64,000 nt of DNA. Origin: Nitrospirota bacterium (GTDB lineage Bacteria > Nitrospirota > UBA9217). This document shows, in pieces, positions 30,157 through 41,624 of the stretch. The stretch covers positions 1,696,001-1,760,000 of the forward strand of contig CAVTRN010000002.1 in NCBI GenBank assembly GCA_963737155.1. The letters run 5' to 3'. Under the pieces are notes generated by a model. The model saw nothing but the letters and a program-made list of their open reading frames with translations. It was not told the DNA's origin and searched no databases. Position 1 is the stretch's first letter; each line of letters begins with the position of its first letter. The position numbers were made by a program, and so were the translations under genes.

Positions 30157-31807
30157 TGAACTCTGGTCCGCACATTCTCCCTTCTAGACGCGAAGCGCCA
30201 GTAGGCGGGTCAAGCGGACCGGTGTTGGTTTAAAATCCCGGTTAGATTCCTGTGTTTGCAAGATTGCGTTGTGTAGTTGGCTATAATATCTCGCATGGCA
30301 CCAGTTACAAGCGGAGTTAAATTCAGGGCGTATCCGACGGAGAAACAGCAAGAGAAACTGTCTCAGTGGTTCGGCTGCCAGCGCCTGATATACAACAGCA
30401 AAGTTTCAGAATCGCAGTATTTCTACACCTTCAAGAAACACTCACTTTCTTTAACCGGCATACAGCTGCCAAGCGATCAACAATACTCGCAGTTTAAGGA
30501 TAAAGAGCTCACCCCGTTTTTGTACGAGCTGCCTTCACAAGTACTCCGTAATGGCGCCGTCAGATTCATGGGCGCTCAACAGCGGTTTTTCAAAGGGCTC
30601 GCCGAGCGTCCAACGTTCAAGAAGAAGTCTGGTCGCCAAACTGTTTGGCTTACAAAAGAAGTATTTCAGTTCGAGCCCACCGGCAAACGCAAAAGCAGCC
30701 ACAAAACCAAACAGGGTAAAACAATCTACGAGCACAAGCTGATGATCGGCACAAAAACACACAACTTCGGAGAATTGCGTTTTAAGGCCCACAGGGAATA
30801 CGATTTCTGGCGACTGTTACAATTGCGCGGGATGCCGGTAAGTGGTTTGTCTCCTTCTCCTATGCAGCGTCTGATGACCTCAGTTTATCGGAATCCGATC
30901 TTATCGCCCGTTACTCAGCGATGAACGCCCAAAATCTCGATAAAATCACGATGGGCATAGACCGTGGTGTGGTTATCCCTGCTGTAACAAGCGCCGATGA
31001 AAATCACGACTACACCGACAATCAAAAAAACAACCTCGTTAAAAAAGAAGCCCGTCGGAAACGCTACCAGCGAATAATGGTTCGCAGGCAAAAAGGGTCA
31101 GGGCGCCGGAAGAAAACGTCTTTGAATGTCGCGCGCTACCATACGCATGCATCTAATTTACGTTTGGACTTCGCCTATAAAGTCAGCGGAAAGATCGTTG
31201 ATTCCAATGCAGGGATCATCGTATTCGAGGACCCTAAAGTTAAGAACATGGCTAAAGCACCGGGACCAAAACCAGCGAATATGAAGAACGGTGCTGTCAT
31301 TGCCACTGATACCATCGCATATCTCCCCGACGGAGCTGCCGCAAAAGCAGGACTCAATAAAGCTATACTCGAGTCTGCCTCGGGCAACATAAAGTTGTTC
31401 ACCACCTACAAAGCACGGAGATCCAACAAACCTGTCATAGTTGTCCCGCCACACGGCACGTCGCAGGAGTGTTAGAAGTGTTCGCACACTCACCCGGGGA
31501 ATCGCCAGTCTCAGGCGATATTCGAATGTCAACGCTGCGGAGTTACCGCAAAAGCCGACTTTAATGCATCCGTCTCTGTCAAAAACAGGGGTACCGCATG
31601 CTGGAAGCCGCCGAGATTGCTGTAAAGCAAACAACGCGTGCTATGCGGTTAAAGAAAAAGCAACAACTAGGTCGGGAACTGGCCGAAGTTACGCGCGGGG
31701 AAATGGAAGTAAGGCGATCTGAGGGCACATGCCTTCAGGTCGCATCCGTCGAGAACCGCCAAACCTACACTACAATTGCGAAAGCGATTTAGTGGCGGGA
31801 GAGTTCA
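30157..31807 (+). mobile_element. tnpB: non-autonomous IS200/IS605-family (IS1341-like) element, copy 1, tnpB pseudogene
   Basis: Ends TGAACTCT...AGAGTTCA with subterminal hairpins. tnpB from ATG30295 has a frameshift near 30806, a stop at 31473-75 and a further shift near 31600. KFRAYPT, GIDRG, VFED, TSQEC motifs. Confidence 0.88.
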
Positions 31808-31890
31808 TAGAATTGGCAGAGGTAACCTACTGCGCCAGTGCATTCGCGGAAGAGGAGAAAGATGGTTCCCGGAACCAGTACTTGAAAAAT

Positions 31891-31917
31891 AAAAAAGGCC
31901 GGCATTTACCCCGGCCC
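31891..31917 (-). terminator. rho-independent terminator downstream of mltD
   Basis: Minus strand GGCCGG-loop-CCGGCC followed by TTTTTT. Confidence 0.7.
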
Positions 31918-31943
31918 TTGTTGTTTGATATCCATTGCCCCAC

Positions 31944-33311
31944 TTAAATTTGATCAACATCGACAACAAGTTTGATTTTTTGTCCTGCTCTTATCATGCC
32001 TATTCCCTTGTTCCATCCCTTGATGTCCGTAACGGTCACATTATGTTTTCGGGCGATTTTGACAAGTGTCTCGCCACGACGCACGCGGTAGAATATCTGC
32101 TGTCTGCTGCCATGACCGGGCGTCACATAGCTCGTATCCTGCGCATTACCGTTCAGGTCAATTGGAATCAGGAGATGCTTGCCGGGCGCAATGCGGTTCC
32201 TTGTAAGCCCGTTGATATCCCTGATAGCTTCAGACGTGGTGCTGTACCGTTTGGCAAGACTGGAAAGCGTTTCACCCCTTTTGACCTCATGCCGTTCCCA
32301 TTTGACCTTTTGTTCCGGTGGAACAGCCGCATAATTCGCAAGGAATATTTCTTTTTTCCCGGCCGGAATCCTGAGGACATAATTATTGGAGTCAGGCGGT
32401 GTCACCCATCGCCTCAGCGCGGGATTCAATTCCTTGATATCCTCATAAGTGCACCCCGCGCAACGGGCAATGAGACGGAGGTCGGCGCTTTCCTCGATTG
32501 TGACTTCATCGAAATTGAACGGTTCATGGTTGGTGACTGTGAAACCATAGGATTCAGGGTTTTTTGCAATGATCGTTGCAGCCATGTACTCGGGTACGTA
32601 ATTTTTAGTCTCGTTACGGATATAGCGCGAGGCCTTGAGATCCCAGAAATCATCGGACCTGGTCCTGAGAACGGCGCGCTGGACCTTGCCTGCGCCGGCG
32701 TTGTATGAGGCAAGCGCAAGCGGCCATGAGCCAAAGAGATTATGCAAATCCTTTAGGTCTTCAGCAGCCGCATTAGTAGATTTTATGGGGTCCTTACGCT
32801 CGTCAATCCACCAATTGATTTTAAGACCGTAAAGTTTTCCAGTTGCCGACATGAATTGCCATGGACCGACAGCTTTTGCCCATGACACGGCGGAGAGATT
32901 GAAACCGCTTTCGATCATGGCGACATAGACAAGGTCCTCGGGTAGGTTCTTCGCACGGAAGATATTCTTCATCACGGGGATATAACGTGCGGAACGATCA
33001 AGCCAGCGCTGAAACACCTCCCGGCCCCTCGTCTTGAAGTATTCGAGGTTGTTCTCCACGCTGTCGTTCAGCATCAGGGGGATCAGATAGGAGGTTTCAT
33101 CAGGCGTAATATCATCGGATTCGTCGACCTGCGCAATGTCTTCAGAGGGCGGCTTTACCTGGGTGGGGATATCTGAAACCACAGTTTGATTCAGCTGGGG
33201 CAAAGAATCCTCAGTGACAGGTTTGGGCAAAGAATCAGCAATGACTGGCGTGTAAGGGAATATAAATATAATTATAAAAAACAATAAAATCAATATATTG
33301 CTGTGTTTCAC
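31944..33311 (-). CDS. mltD: lytic murein transglycosylase with LysM domains (MltD-like)
   Basis: MIESGF, AVGPWQFM, DERKDP, LASYNAG, ETKNYVP; two LysM repeats. Confidence 0.9.
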   Translation of the reverse strand: MKHSNILILLFFIIIFIFPYTPVIADSLPKPVTEDSLPQLNQTVVSDIPTQVKPPSEDIAQVDESDDITPDETSYLIPLMLNDSVENNLEYFKTRGREVFQRWLDRSARYIPVMKNIFRAKNLPEDLVYVAMIESGFNLSAVSWAKAVGPWQFMSATGKLYGLKINWWIDERKDPIKSTNAAAEDLKDLHNLFGSWPLALASYNAGAGKVQRAVLRTRSDDFWDLKASRYIRNETKNYVPEYMAATIIAKNPESYGFTVTNHEPFNFDEVTIEESADLRLIARCAGCTYEDIKELNPALRRWVTPPDSNNYVLRIPAGKKEIFLANYAAVPPEQKVKWERHEVKRGETLSSLAKRYSTTSEAIRDINGLTRNRIAPGKHLLIPIDLNGNAQDTSYVTPGHGSRQQIFYRVRRGETLVKIARKHNVTVTDIKGWNKGIGMIRAGQKIKLVVDVDQI

Positions 33312-33507
33312 ATTCCCTCCTTATTTAGTATTCACATTATCTTGTTCAGGGCCATTTGTCAAGCAGGAATGCCGCCTTTATAAGTGTTTTTTCTCTCTTT
33401 ACTTATCGGTTTTTCCCGGGTTTTCTTTAATCGGCGCCAGTGCCCGCTGGTGTGAATGTATCACCGTGTCGCTTGTAATTCGAGGGAAAGTTCTGTATTA
33501 TTGCTCC

Positions 33508-34266
33508 ATGATTTATGCCCGTTTAAACGAGGTATTTGCGTCAATACAGGGTGAGGGGGTAAGGATCGGAGAGCGTCATATCTTTGTCCGATTTCAGGGG
33601 TGTAATATGAGTTGTTCTTTTTGCGACACCCCAACCTCTATAAATGAGGATGACAATTTTGCGGAGCAGGTTTTCTGCAGCGTCCAGGTCACACGGGAAT
33701 TGTCAGATGCCCGTGAACAGATTCTAAATCCCGTTTCAGTTTCCCGTCTCGCCGAACTGTGCTCCAGCCTGGTCGTGCCCGGTCCTGCACGGCCCATACT
33801 TAGCCTTACCGGAGGAGAACCGTTGCTGCAGCAGGAGTTCTTGATCCAATGGCTACCACTTGCGAGGAAGGATTTCCGAATTTATCTGGAAACGAATGGT
33901 GTCCAGGTCGATGCCATGAAAAAAGTCAGCAGCGTCGTCGATGTCGTGAGCATGGACTTCAAACTTCCATCGGCAACAGGGCTTCGAGCGTTTTGGGACG
34001 AACACAGGAGGTTTCTTCTCGCCGCGGCGGGGACCGATCTATTTGTGAAGGCTGTCGTAACCTGTGTCACGCGGATGGAGGACATCTTGATTTCCGCACG
34101 GATTATTGCCGATATCAACCGGTCCATTCCCTTTGTTCTCCAGCCGTCGATCGGCGACCTGAAGCCCGATCCGCAAATGCTGGTGGAGTTTCAGGATGCC
34201 GCGCTCCGGACCATCGATAATGTCCGGGTCATTCCTCAAGTCCATAAAATTCTGGGATTACCGTGA
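33508..34266 (+). CDS. queE: 7-carboxy-7-deazaguanine synthase
   Basis: EVFASIQGEG, FVRFQGCNMSCSFCDT, TGGEP, LETNG, PQVHK; start at ATG33508. Confidence 0.88.
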   Translation: MIYARLNEVFASIQGEGVRIGERHIFVRFQGCNMSCSFCDTPTSINEDDNFAEQVFCSVQVTRELSDAREQILNPVSVSRLAELCSSLVVPGPARPILSLTGGEPLLQQEFLIQWLPLARKDFRIYLETNGVQVDAMKKVSSVVDVVSMDFKLPSATGLRAFWDEHRRFLLAAAGTDLFVKAVVTCVTRMEDILISARIIADINRSIPFVLQPSIGDLKPDPQMLVEFQDAALRTIDNVRVIPQVHKILGLP

Positions 34267-34426
34267 AGGCAGGCTGACAAGGGCGTTGGGGGCGAAATGC
34301 CAACATCTCTCGCTTCCGCGAGAACCATTACGTCAAGGGACTGCCGTGCAATGGAAGGTAACTATCGGTGCAATCGGAACATTGGAAAATTACTATTCAT
34401 TCACAAGAAAGTTCGATGGACATGCC

Positions 34427-35842
34427 ATGGATTATCATCTTCTTTCGCAAATCGTAGAAGAACTTTCAATGAGTCTTACCGGGGCGAGGCTGGAGCGCGT
34501 GTTTCAGGGAGTAGATCGCGATATTTATTTGCTGTTCAGAAAAGACCGCAAGAACTTTATCCTATTGCTTTCCCCTCAGCGCGCTATGCCGCGCATACAT
34601 CTCATAAGCAGGAAACCCCAATCGATCAGCGATCCCGACCCCCTTGTGTTAAACCTCAGGAGCCGTCTCGTCGGAGCGCGTTTGACGTATATTGGCGTCC
34701 TGAACCAGGACCGCATCATTGAAATGCTTTTTGAAAGAGATTCGGATAAGCTTCGACTTATCCTGGAACTGACCGGATCATCATCGAACCTTTTTTTTAC
34801 CGACGAAAAACTCAATATTCTCGCTTCGTTTTATCAGGTAACCCCTTCGGAGCAGGGGACCCGCAGGTTACTGTCTGGCAGCCGGTATGTTCCGCTTCAA
34901 AAAACAGCGTTTGATATTTTTCTGAGATCGGAGTCCTATATCAATGTTTCAGGTTCTCCCAACAAGTCGGCAGAATATTTTTACCTGAATACCATTCAGC
35001 AGCGAAAATCCAAGGCCATCCGGTCGGAACTGTGTTCCTTCTTAAAGAAGGCAATTAAAAAAGCGGAGCGTAAACGTGCTGCGTTAATTGTGGATCTGGA
35101 GGCAATGGGGCAGGCCGAGGAGCACCGTCATAAAGGGGACGTTATATTTGCTAATGTTCAGAAACTGAAGCAAGGGATCGAGCATGCCGTTCTAACAGGA
35201 TATGATGGAATCGCTGTTTCCGTCCTCATGGATCCCAAAAGGTCCCCGGCAAAAAACGCCGAATTGTATTTTAAAAAGTACAAAAAAGCGAAAACAGGCC
35301 TGCCTCTCATAACAAAGCGTTTGGGCGAAACAGAGAAAGAACTTTTCCGGCTGCGTACCGCGCTGGTCGAGGTTGAGAATGCAACGGATATTGGTTCTCT
35401 GAATATCTTGCGTTCTGCACTCATCAATCGTGGCTCCGCAGATAAGGGGAGGGGGACAATGCGACAGGCCTCGTCTCCAACGCTGAGCGGAATCAGGGCG
35501 GTTAATTTTCAAGGATGGGAAATTCTTGTAGGCAGGAGTGCTGATGGCAACGAACGTCTCACCACAAAACTCGCAAAAGCTGATGACCTCTGGCTTCATG
35601 CGGAAGGTCTGCCAGGCTCCCATGTGCTCATCAGGAATCCACACAAGACGGAAATCCCACCGGATGTTCTTGTCAAAGCCGCTTCCCTGGCGGCGTTTTA
35701 CAGCAAAGGTAAGGAATCGGATAAGGTTCCCGTGACCTATACCGAGGCACGCTATGTCAGAAAACCAAAGGGGGCAAAACCCGGACTTGTGACGCTTACT
35801 CAGCGTAATACTATAATGATTAAGCCGGCAGTCGATGCATAG
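34427..35842 (+). CDS. rqcH: NFACT/RqcH (FbpA) family ribosome quality-control protein
   Basis: DRII, ELTG..SN, NAELYFKKYKK, VGRS...NE.L, WLHA...PGSHV, VRKPKGAKPG.V. Confidence 0.88.
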   Translation: MDYHLLSQIVEELSMSLTGARLERVFQGVDRDIYLLFRKDRKNFILLLSPQRAMPRIHLISRKPQSISDPDPLVLNLRSRLVGARLTYIGVLNQDRIIEMLFERDSDKLRLILELTGSSSNLFFTDEKLNILASFYQVTPSEQGTRRLLSGSRYVPLQKTAFDIFLRSESYINVSGSPNKSAEYFYLNTIQQRKSKAIRSELCSFLKKAIKKAERKRAALIVDLEAMGQAEEHRHKGDVIFANVQKLKQGIEHAVLTGYDGIAVSVLMDPKRSPAKNAELYFKKYKKAKTGLPLITKRLGETEKELFRLRTALVEVENATDIGSLNILRSALINRGSADKGRGTMRQASSPTLSGIRAVNFQGWEILVGRSADGNERLTTKLAKADDLWLHAEGLPGSHVLIRNPHKTEIPPDVLVKAASLAAFYSKGKESDKVPVTYTEARYVRKPKGAKPGLVTLTQRNTIMIKPAVDA

Positions 35843-36159
35843 AGGTGAGTATTCTACCATCTCAGACGACTGGTTGGTGATAATTCCCTTAAAAGTATCG
35901 TACGTTGTAAACAAAATTCACCAATCTTCGGGTTGACTTATGACGGGATCAGAATGAATTCGAGCAGAGTGATAAGAAAATAGTTTGTTTGAATCAAGAA
36001 AACATATTGGCGAGATGAATCTTAGTCGTCCGCTTATTTTCATCCACGGTGGATTAAATGTAGAGATAATCAAGCGATGTGAGGTATCTCAAAAATAATT
36101 TGATGCGGGTCAGTTGAAGTTAGGTTTTAAAAGTGGCAGGGGCGTAAGCGCATGGGTAT

Positions 36160-36933
36160 CTACTTTTTTTTTGATTCCTGCCAGAGCTGTTCCATCTCGT
36201 CGAGTGTCATTGCGCTTAGTGATTTTCCTGCATCAAGAGCGTGTTCCTCAATGTACCTGAACCTATGAATGAACTTGCTAATGGTCTTGCGGAGCGCTTC
36301 CTCAGGATTGACTCCGAGGAAGCGCGAGATGTTCACTAGCATGAAAAAAATATCGCCAAGTTCCTCTTCGATGCCCGCAGAATCCTCTTTTCTCAACGAC
36401 ATCTTGAATTCGGCGATTTCTTCGTCGAGCTTGGGCAGGGCCTCATCAATACGGCTCCAGTCGAAACCGACACGTGCAGCGCGCTCCTGCAGGCTGTGTG
36501 CACGAAGAAGTGATGGAAGACGCCTCGGCACGCCCTCAAGGATTGACCTCCGCTCTGTATGACCCCTTTCCTTCTTCTTGATTTCTTCCCAGTTCGCGAG
36601 GACGTCTTTGTCTGAGTTAACCCGCGTATCGCCGAATACGTGAGGATGGCGGCGTACCATCTTCTCATAGATACCTGCGATAACATCGCTGATAGTGAAT
36701 TGGTGCTGTTCCTCAGCTATGCGCGCATGGAAAATTATCTGGAACAGCAGGTCGCCCAGTTCTTCCTTGACCTTTTCAGGGGAACCTTCATCAAGAGCAT
36801 CAATAACCTCATAACATTCCTCGACCAGAAAAGGCTTGAGCGATTCAGGAGTCTGCTTGAGGTCCCAAGGGCAGCCATCGGGTCCGCGGAGCTTCACCAT
36901 GAGAGCAACGAGATCGGGAAAATTATCAGCCAT
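36160..36933 (-). CDS. mazG: nucleoside triphosphate pyrophosphohydrolase
   Basis: LRGPDGCPWD, EECYE, EELGDLL, RRHPHVF, second EELGD. Confidence 0.95.
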   Translation of the reverse strand: MADNFPDLVALMVKLRGPDGCPWDLKQTPESLKPFLVEECYEVIDALDEGSPEKVKEELGDLLFQIIFHARIAEEQHQFTISDVIAGIYEKMVRRHPHVFGDTRVNSDKDVLANWEEIKKKERGHTERRSILEGVPRRLPSLLRAHSLQERAARVGFDWSRIDEALPKLDEEIAEFKMSLRKEDSAGIEEELGDIFFMLVNISRFLGVNPEEALRKTISKFIHRFRYIEEHALDAGKSLSAMTLDEMEQLWQESKKK

Positions 36934-37100
36934 AAGGACCTCATTACGTTATTTTGCATTTAACATCTTTTTTTAATAAATTCTTGTCGTACCTTACACA
37001 AAGAACCATTCGTTTGCAAGCTTTTTTCTTGAAATAAGAATGCGTTATGTGGTAATGTGTCCAAATAATGTTCATCATTGATCCTGAAAGGAGACTGGCT

Positions 37101-37520
37101 ATGCATCGGCGGAAAATCACCTCACTTTTAATCCTTATGACGTTTATCCTTCTTACCGGCATGGGAGGAAACGGGGGGTTCGAACGGGCCCCTCGCGTTG
37201 AAAAGAACTTTTCCGTCACGATAGTCGACACGAGTGGCAACAAAATTGAGGGAAATAAGTTCAGTACGGAAGGACGGATACAATTCGAAGGCTATATGGG
37301 TATGGCGCAAGTAACGATACCATTCGACCGGATTAACGTAATATCCGTCGGTGAACCGAAGGAGCAAAAAGTGAGGGTTACTGCCACGCTTAATGATGGA
37401 AGCCAAACGAGTTTTGATGTAAATGCGACGTCACGCTGTTTTGGTGAAGCATCATTCGGGAGTTTCATGCTCGAGATGTATGAGATAAAGACAATAACCT
37501 TCAATGGAATTCGTGAATGA
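37101..37520 (+). CDS. exported hypothetical protein
   Basis: GGAG RBS, signal peptide ending LLTGMGG, beta-rich body. Confidence 0.7.
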   Translation: MHRRKITSLLILMTFILLTGMGGNGGFERAPRVEKNFSVTIVDTSGNKIEGNKFSTEGRIQFEGYMGMAQVTIPFDRINVISVGEPKEQKVRVTATLNDGSQTSFDVNATSRCFGEASFGSFMLEMYEIKTITFNGIRE

Positions 37521-38007
37521 CTCTGAGATATCTCTCTCATTTGAGTTTACCAGCTTCCATCATTCGTTCCCTCCGTACTCGGGTGCCGCAAAACGGTAAC
37601 CCTAGGATTTGTTGTATTTTTTGAACGTCGATAATGATTTCTGCATGTCTGAAGCGGTAGGTAAGCCGCTCATTCTCATTGAGGTGTTTCTCATTCTGTG
37701 TATGGAACAACTTGTGTATAGTTCATTCGCATCAATCGCTTTATTAGCTGCCATTTTCTAGATATTAGTACGCAAAAACGGTGTTAAAATCTGAGCAGGC
37801 CTAAAAGCCGTTGCGCCGCACAAAGAGCTGATAAGTCTGTTGGTATTTTAACCTGCTTTACAAACTGCGTTGTCATGATATCGAAGCATCCATATCTCTG
37901 ACTTCCTGATAATGGGTACATCTGCTGCCTACATTACTCTTGAAATTCTGCTGTATCGTTTTATTTCGTTCTTCCATTTTGGATGAAATCCGGACTACGA
38001 TAAAAGC

Positions 38008-38394
38008 ATGAAGACAAAAGGCCCCATGCAACTAATAAAATATGCCGGTGTCGGAGGCGTCGCGGCCATTGTGGAGTGGACGAGTTTCGGTGTGTTGGTC
38101 GGTTCAGCACACATCTTTTACTTGACTGCCGTGGTCCTGAGTTTTATCGCATCTACGGCCACAAACTATGTTTTGAGTTCACGGCTTGTTTTTGTTCGTG
38201 GGCGCCATTCTTACTTTAAGGAAGTTTTCCTGCTCTACCTGGTAAGCGCTGCAGGATTGCTTGTAAATTTGATTCTTATGTCGCTTCTTGTAGGATTTCT
38301 GGGGATGCACGCCATGCCGGCAAAAATAGTGTCCACGGGAATCGTGTTTTTCTGGAATTACGGCGCAAGAAAAATGTGGATTTTCGAGAAATAA
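38008..38394 (+). CDS. GtrA family membrane protein
   Basis: KYAGVGG, NYVLS...VF, AKIVS..IVFFWNY...K.WIF; four TM segments. Confidence 0.88.
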   Translation: MKTKGPMQLIKYAGVGGVAAIVEWTSFGVLVGSAHIFYLTAVVLSFIASTATNYVLSSRLVFVRGRHSYFKEVFLLYLVSAAGLLVNLILMSLLVGFLGMHAMPAKIVSTGIVFFWNYGARKMWIFEK

Positions 38395-38904
38395 TGCCTA
38401 ATTACTCCCTGCGGGAGAGCGAATGGCCATGATCATTGATCTTTCCAAAAAAACTTAATAAAAAAATATTGTTTCTTATCTTCTGCACGATTGGCGACAA
38501 GACCTGTCAATACTTAAAGAAATTAAGAAGCGCTGCTCGCTTCCGAAACGAGTCGCAGCCACTCTCTATTGCAATAGCATGGAAACGACCAGAGTAGGTT
38601 CGCTTGTTAGAGACAACTTCGGCTATGCTGTATAGTATAATCGCTTTTTGTGCCGGTGGTGCGTCTGCAGAGTGCAGGCAGGAATGTTGTTGGCTCGATA
38701 TGTTTTGACACTGTTTATCTTATAGTATGAGATTGCGAACGTTCTCTGACGCTTACTCACTTTCTCGCAATTCTGACCGGATCAGACGGAAGTACCCGAG
38801 GCTCGGTAACATCGGTGGCCAGGTAATATAACATGAACTTCTCTGATAAGCGTGGTGCACATTTGCTGTAATGGCACAAAAAAAGCAGAAGGGCGAAGCT
38901 CCTG

Positions 38905-41508
38905 ATGATCGATAAGAAGCAAGACAACAATCTGATCAATACAACCACCGACATCAAAGCCGTGCTTGAAGAAGAAAATGCGGTAATCAAGGCCGCGCAC
39001 TTCGCTGGTGCAGGAGGGAGCGAGGTTGTACAGCGTCGTACAGGTCTCATAGACCGGACGCTCCGCGAAGCGCATGCCCGTCTTTCAGCTGCCGGAAGCA
39101 TGCCCTCGCTGATTGCCATCGGTGGCTATGGAAGGGGAGAATTGAATCCCCATTCGGACATTGACATCATGTTTCTGTGTGGAGACGAAGCTGCCCGGAA
39201 ACGTTCCCCGGAATTGCTTTACCTGCTCTGGGATGCAGGTCTCGATGTCGGCTATAGCGTACGAACCGTGAAGGAATGCGCGGCCTTGGCCCGGCAGGAC
39301 ATTAAAATCCGCACCTCCTTGCTCGAGGCCCGTTTTATTGCTGGTGACCCAGGCCTCTATGGTATTTTTTCCGAAGCAATGCATGGTGAAGTATTCTATT
39401 GGAAATCCGCCGAATTCATCCATGAGAAAATAGTGGAAAGGAACGTGACTCGAAGAAAACTCGGCGGTTCTATCTATCTGCGGGAGCCGAATATCAAAGA
39501 GGGAGAAGGAGGGCTCAGGGACTTTCACACGGCTCTTTGGATATCCTTCGTACATTTTCGCATTTCCTCGCTCGCCGAACTGGTTGTGCGAGGCGTCATA
39601 ACCGAGGGCCAGTACGCTGTATTTCAACGCTCGCGGAATTTTCTCTGGCGCATTCGTAACGAAGTACACTACCTTTCAGGCCGCAAAAACGATCATCTGA
39701 CCTTTGACCACCAGGAACGCGCGGCGTCGGATTTTCGTTATCGTGACTCCGCCCACCTTCTTGCCGTGGAGCGGTTTATGAAAGCATATTTTCTTCATGC
39801 GCGGAACGTCAGGGAGTTCACCAGTATCGTAACTGAAGCCGTTCTGCCGAAACCGTCCCGCCGATGGTTCGAACGTAAAATGATGATCGGGCCTTTCAGC
39901 CTGATCGGCAAAACACTTGTTCCTCCCTCCGATGACAGTTGTCGCGGAGACCCGTCGCTGATCTTATCCGCTTTTGAAATAGCTCAATCCCGTCATGCGG
40001 TGCTATCCGATCATTTTAAGTCGCTTATTCGGGAAAGCAGGATCGATGATCAAACAAGATCATCCATGTCAGCAGCGAAGGCATTCCTAGCTATTCTAAA
40101 CAACCCTGACGGGCTGTCCGAAACTCTCGGCCTCATGAAGGAATTGCGTCTTCTTGGCAGGTATCTTCCGGAATTCCGGGCAATCCAGGCGCTTGCACGG
40201 CATGATTACTACCACCTCTATACCGTGGATGAACATATCCTTCTTGCGATCAGGAACCTGCAGAACCTGTGGACGGGGAATTATCCCAGCCTTTCAACGT
40301 TATCTGATGCAATGAAGACCCTGAAAAAACGATGGATACTGTTTCTTGCTGTCCTTCTTCATGACCTCGGAAAGGCTTTCCGTTATGACCATGCAAAGGC
40401 TGGGGCAAAGCTGGCCGAATCTATTCTAACGAGGTTCGGCATTGAAGGTGAAGAACGCCAAAGGGTCCTCTTCCTCGTTGAAAATCATCTTGTCATGTCG
40501 TCCCTTTCCCAACGACGCGAATTGACGGACCGGAAGGTGATTGCGGACTTCGCCCGGCTAGTGCAAGACCGGGAAAATCTTTCCTTGCTCTATCTCCTTA
40601 CCTATGCCGACATCTCGGCGGTCAATCCGATGGCCTGGACGCAATGGAAGGCCGTGCTCCTCCAGGATCTCTATGTAAGGACTCTTGATTACATCGAAAA
40701 ACGCGCTCTTGTCGAGGAAGAAGACAAAGCACGGCTTGCCGCCCAGATTGCCAAGATCAGGACCGAGACTCAGGACAAGTTTACTCCTCGGGAAGTCGAC
40801 GACTTCATATCGGTTATGTCCGACCAGTATATTCTCTATACGTCCACCCGTAAAGTCGCTTACCACATGCAGATGATGAGGCGGCTCCAGGTCGAACAGC
40901 TTGTGATCGATCATCGTCATTATCCCGGAAGAGGCTACACGGAACTTGTTGTCTGTGCCTATGATGCCTATGGGATGTTTTACCGTACGGCGGGTGTGAT
41001 CGCGTCCAAGAATCTTAACATTCTTCGCGCCCAGGTCTATACATCGAAAAGTGGAGTCATGCTTGACACATTTCAGATCACCGATGCTGAAGGGAAGCTC
41101 TGCGACTATGAACCGGCATGGGAGAGCGTGCTGGCTGAGCTCCGGATGGCTCTCATGAACAAGTCACGACTAGCGGAACCAAGTCATTATGGCCGAAGGC
41201 AGCGGCCGGCAACCGCAATAACTCCGGTCGTCGAATTCGACAATGAAACGTCGGCGAGCTTTACGATCATTGACATGTTGGCCCGTGATAGGGTGGGGCT
41301 GCTTTATTCCATGACAAAAGCTCTCTATGAACTCAATCTGGACATTGGTTCGGCAAAAATCGTAACTGAAGGGCCGAGGGTCATGGATTCGTTCTATGTG
41401 ACGGATTACCTACATGGGAAAATTACCGAGGAGCGCAGGCTGAAAAAAATCCAAGAGACGCTTATGTCCGTTCTGGGAGAAGGCGAAGCAGGAAAGTATC
41501 CGGAATAG
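38905..41508 (+). CDS. glnD: [protein-PII] uridylyltransferase
   Basis: GGYGRGEL.PHSDID, EPNIKEGEGGLRD, YTVDEH, LLHDLGK, two ACT domains. Confidence 0.95.
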   Translation: MIDKKQDNNLINTTTDIKAVLEEENAVIKAAHFAGAGGSEVVQRRTGLIDRTLREAHARLSAAGSMPSLIAIGGYGRGELNPHSDIDIMFLCGDEAARKRSPELLYLLWDAGLDVGYSVRTVKECAALARQDIKIRTSLLEARFIAGDPGLYGIFSEAMHGEVFYWKSAEFIHEKIVERNVTRRKLGGSIYLREPNIKEGEGGLRDFHTALWISFVHFRISSLAELVVRGVITEGQYAVFQRSRNFLWRIRNEVHYLSGRKNDHLTFDHQERAASDFRYRDSAHLLAVERFMKAYFLHARNVREFTSIVTEAVLPKPSRRWFERKMMIGPFSLIGKTLVPPSDDSCRGDPSLILSAFEIAQSRHAVLSDHFKSLIRESRIDDQTRSSMSAAKAFLAILNNPDGLSETLGLMKELRLLGRYLPEFRAIQALARHDYYHLYTVDEHILLAIRNLQNLWTGNYPSLSTLSDAMKTLKKRWILFLAVLLHDLGKAFRYDHAKAGAKLAESILTRFGIEGEERQRVLFLVENHLVMSSLSQRRELTDRKVIADFARLVQDRENLSLLYLLTYADISAVNPMAWTQWKAVLLQDLYVRTLDYIEKRALVEEEDKARLAAQIAKIRTETQDKFTPREVDDFISVMSDQYILYTSTRKVAYHMQMMRRLQVEQLVIDHRHYPGRGYTELVVCAYDAYGMFYRTAGVIASKNLNILRAQVYTSKSGVMLDTFQITDAEGKLCDYEPAWESVLAELRMALMNKSRLAEPSHYGRRQRPATAITPVVEFDNETSASFTIIDMLARDRVGLLYSMTKALYELNLDIGSAKIVTEGPRVMDSFYVTDYLHGKITEERRLKKIQETLMSVLGEGEAGKYPE

Positions 41509-41624
41509 GACGAGGTAGTCAACGAGCCAATCAATGCCGCAGAAATTCACCGCTTAGAACGGGGAAATTATGACAGATTCCCTCTCTGGAAAAACGGAGA
41601 AACATGCTCGGGCACAATCACCCA

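Noticed and set aside
31935-32708. Long antisense ORFs (this one, also 25287-26015, 35192-35914, 57033-58302, 58828-59784)
   Set aside because: They are shadows of well-supported genes on the opposite strand and have no recognisable motifs.
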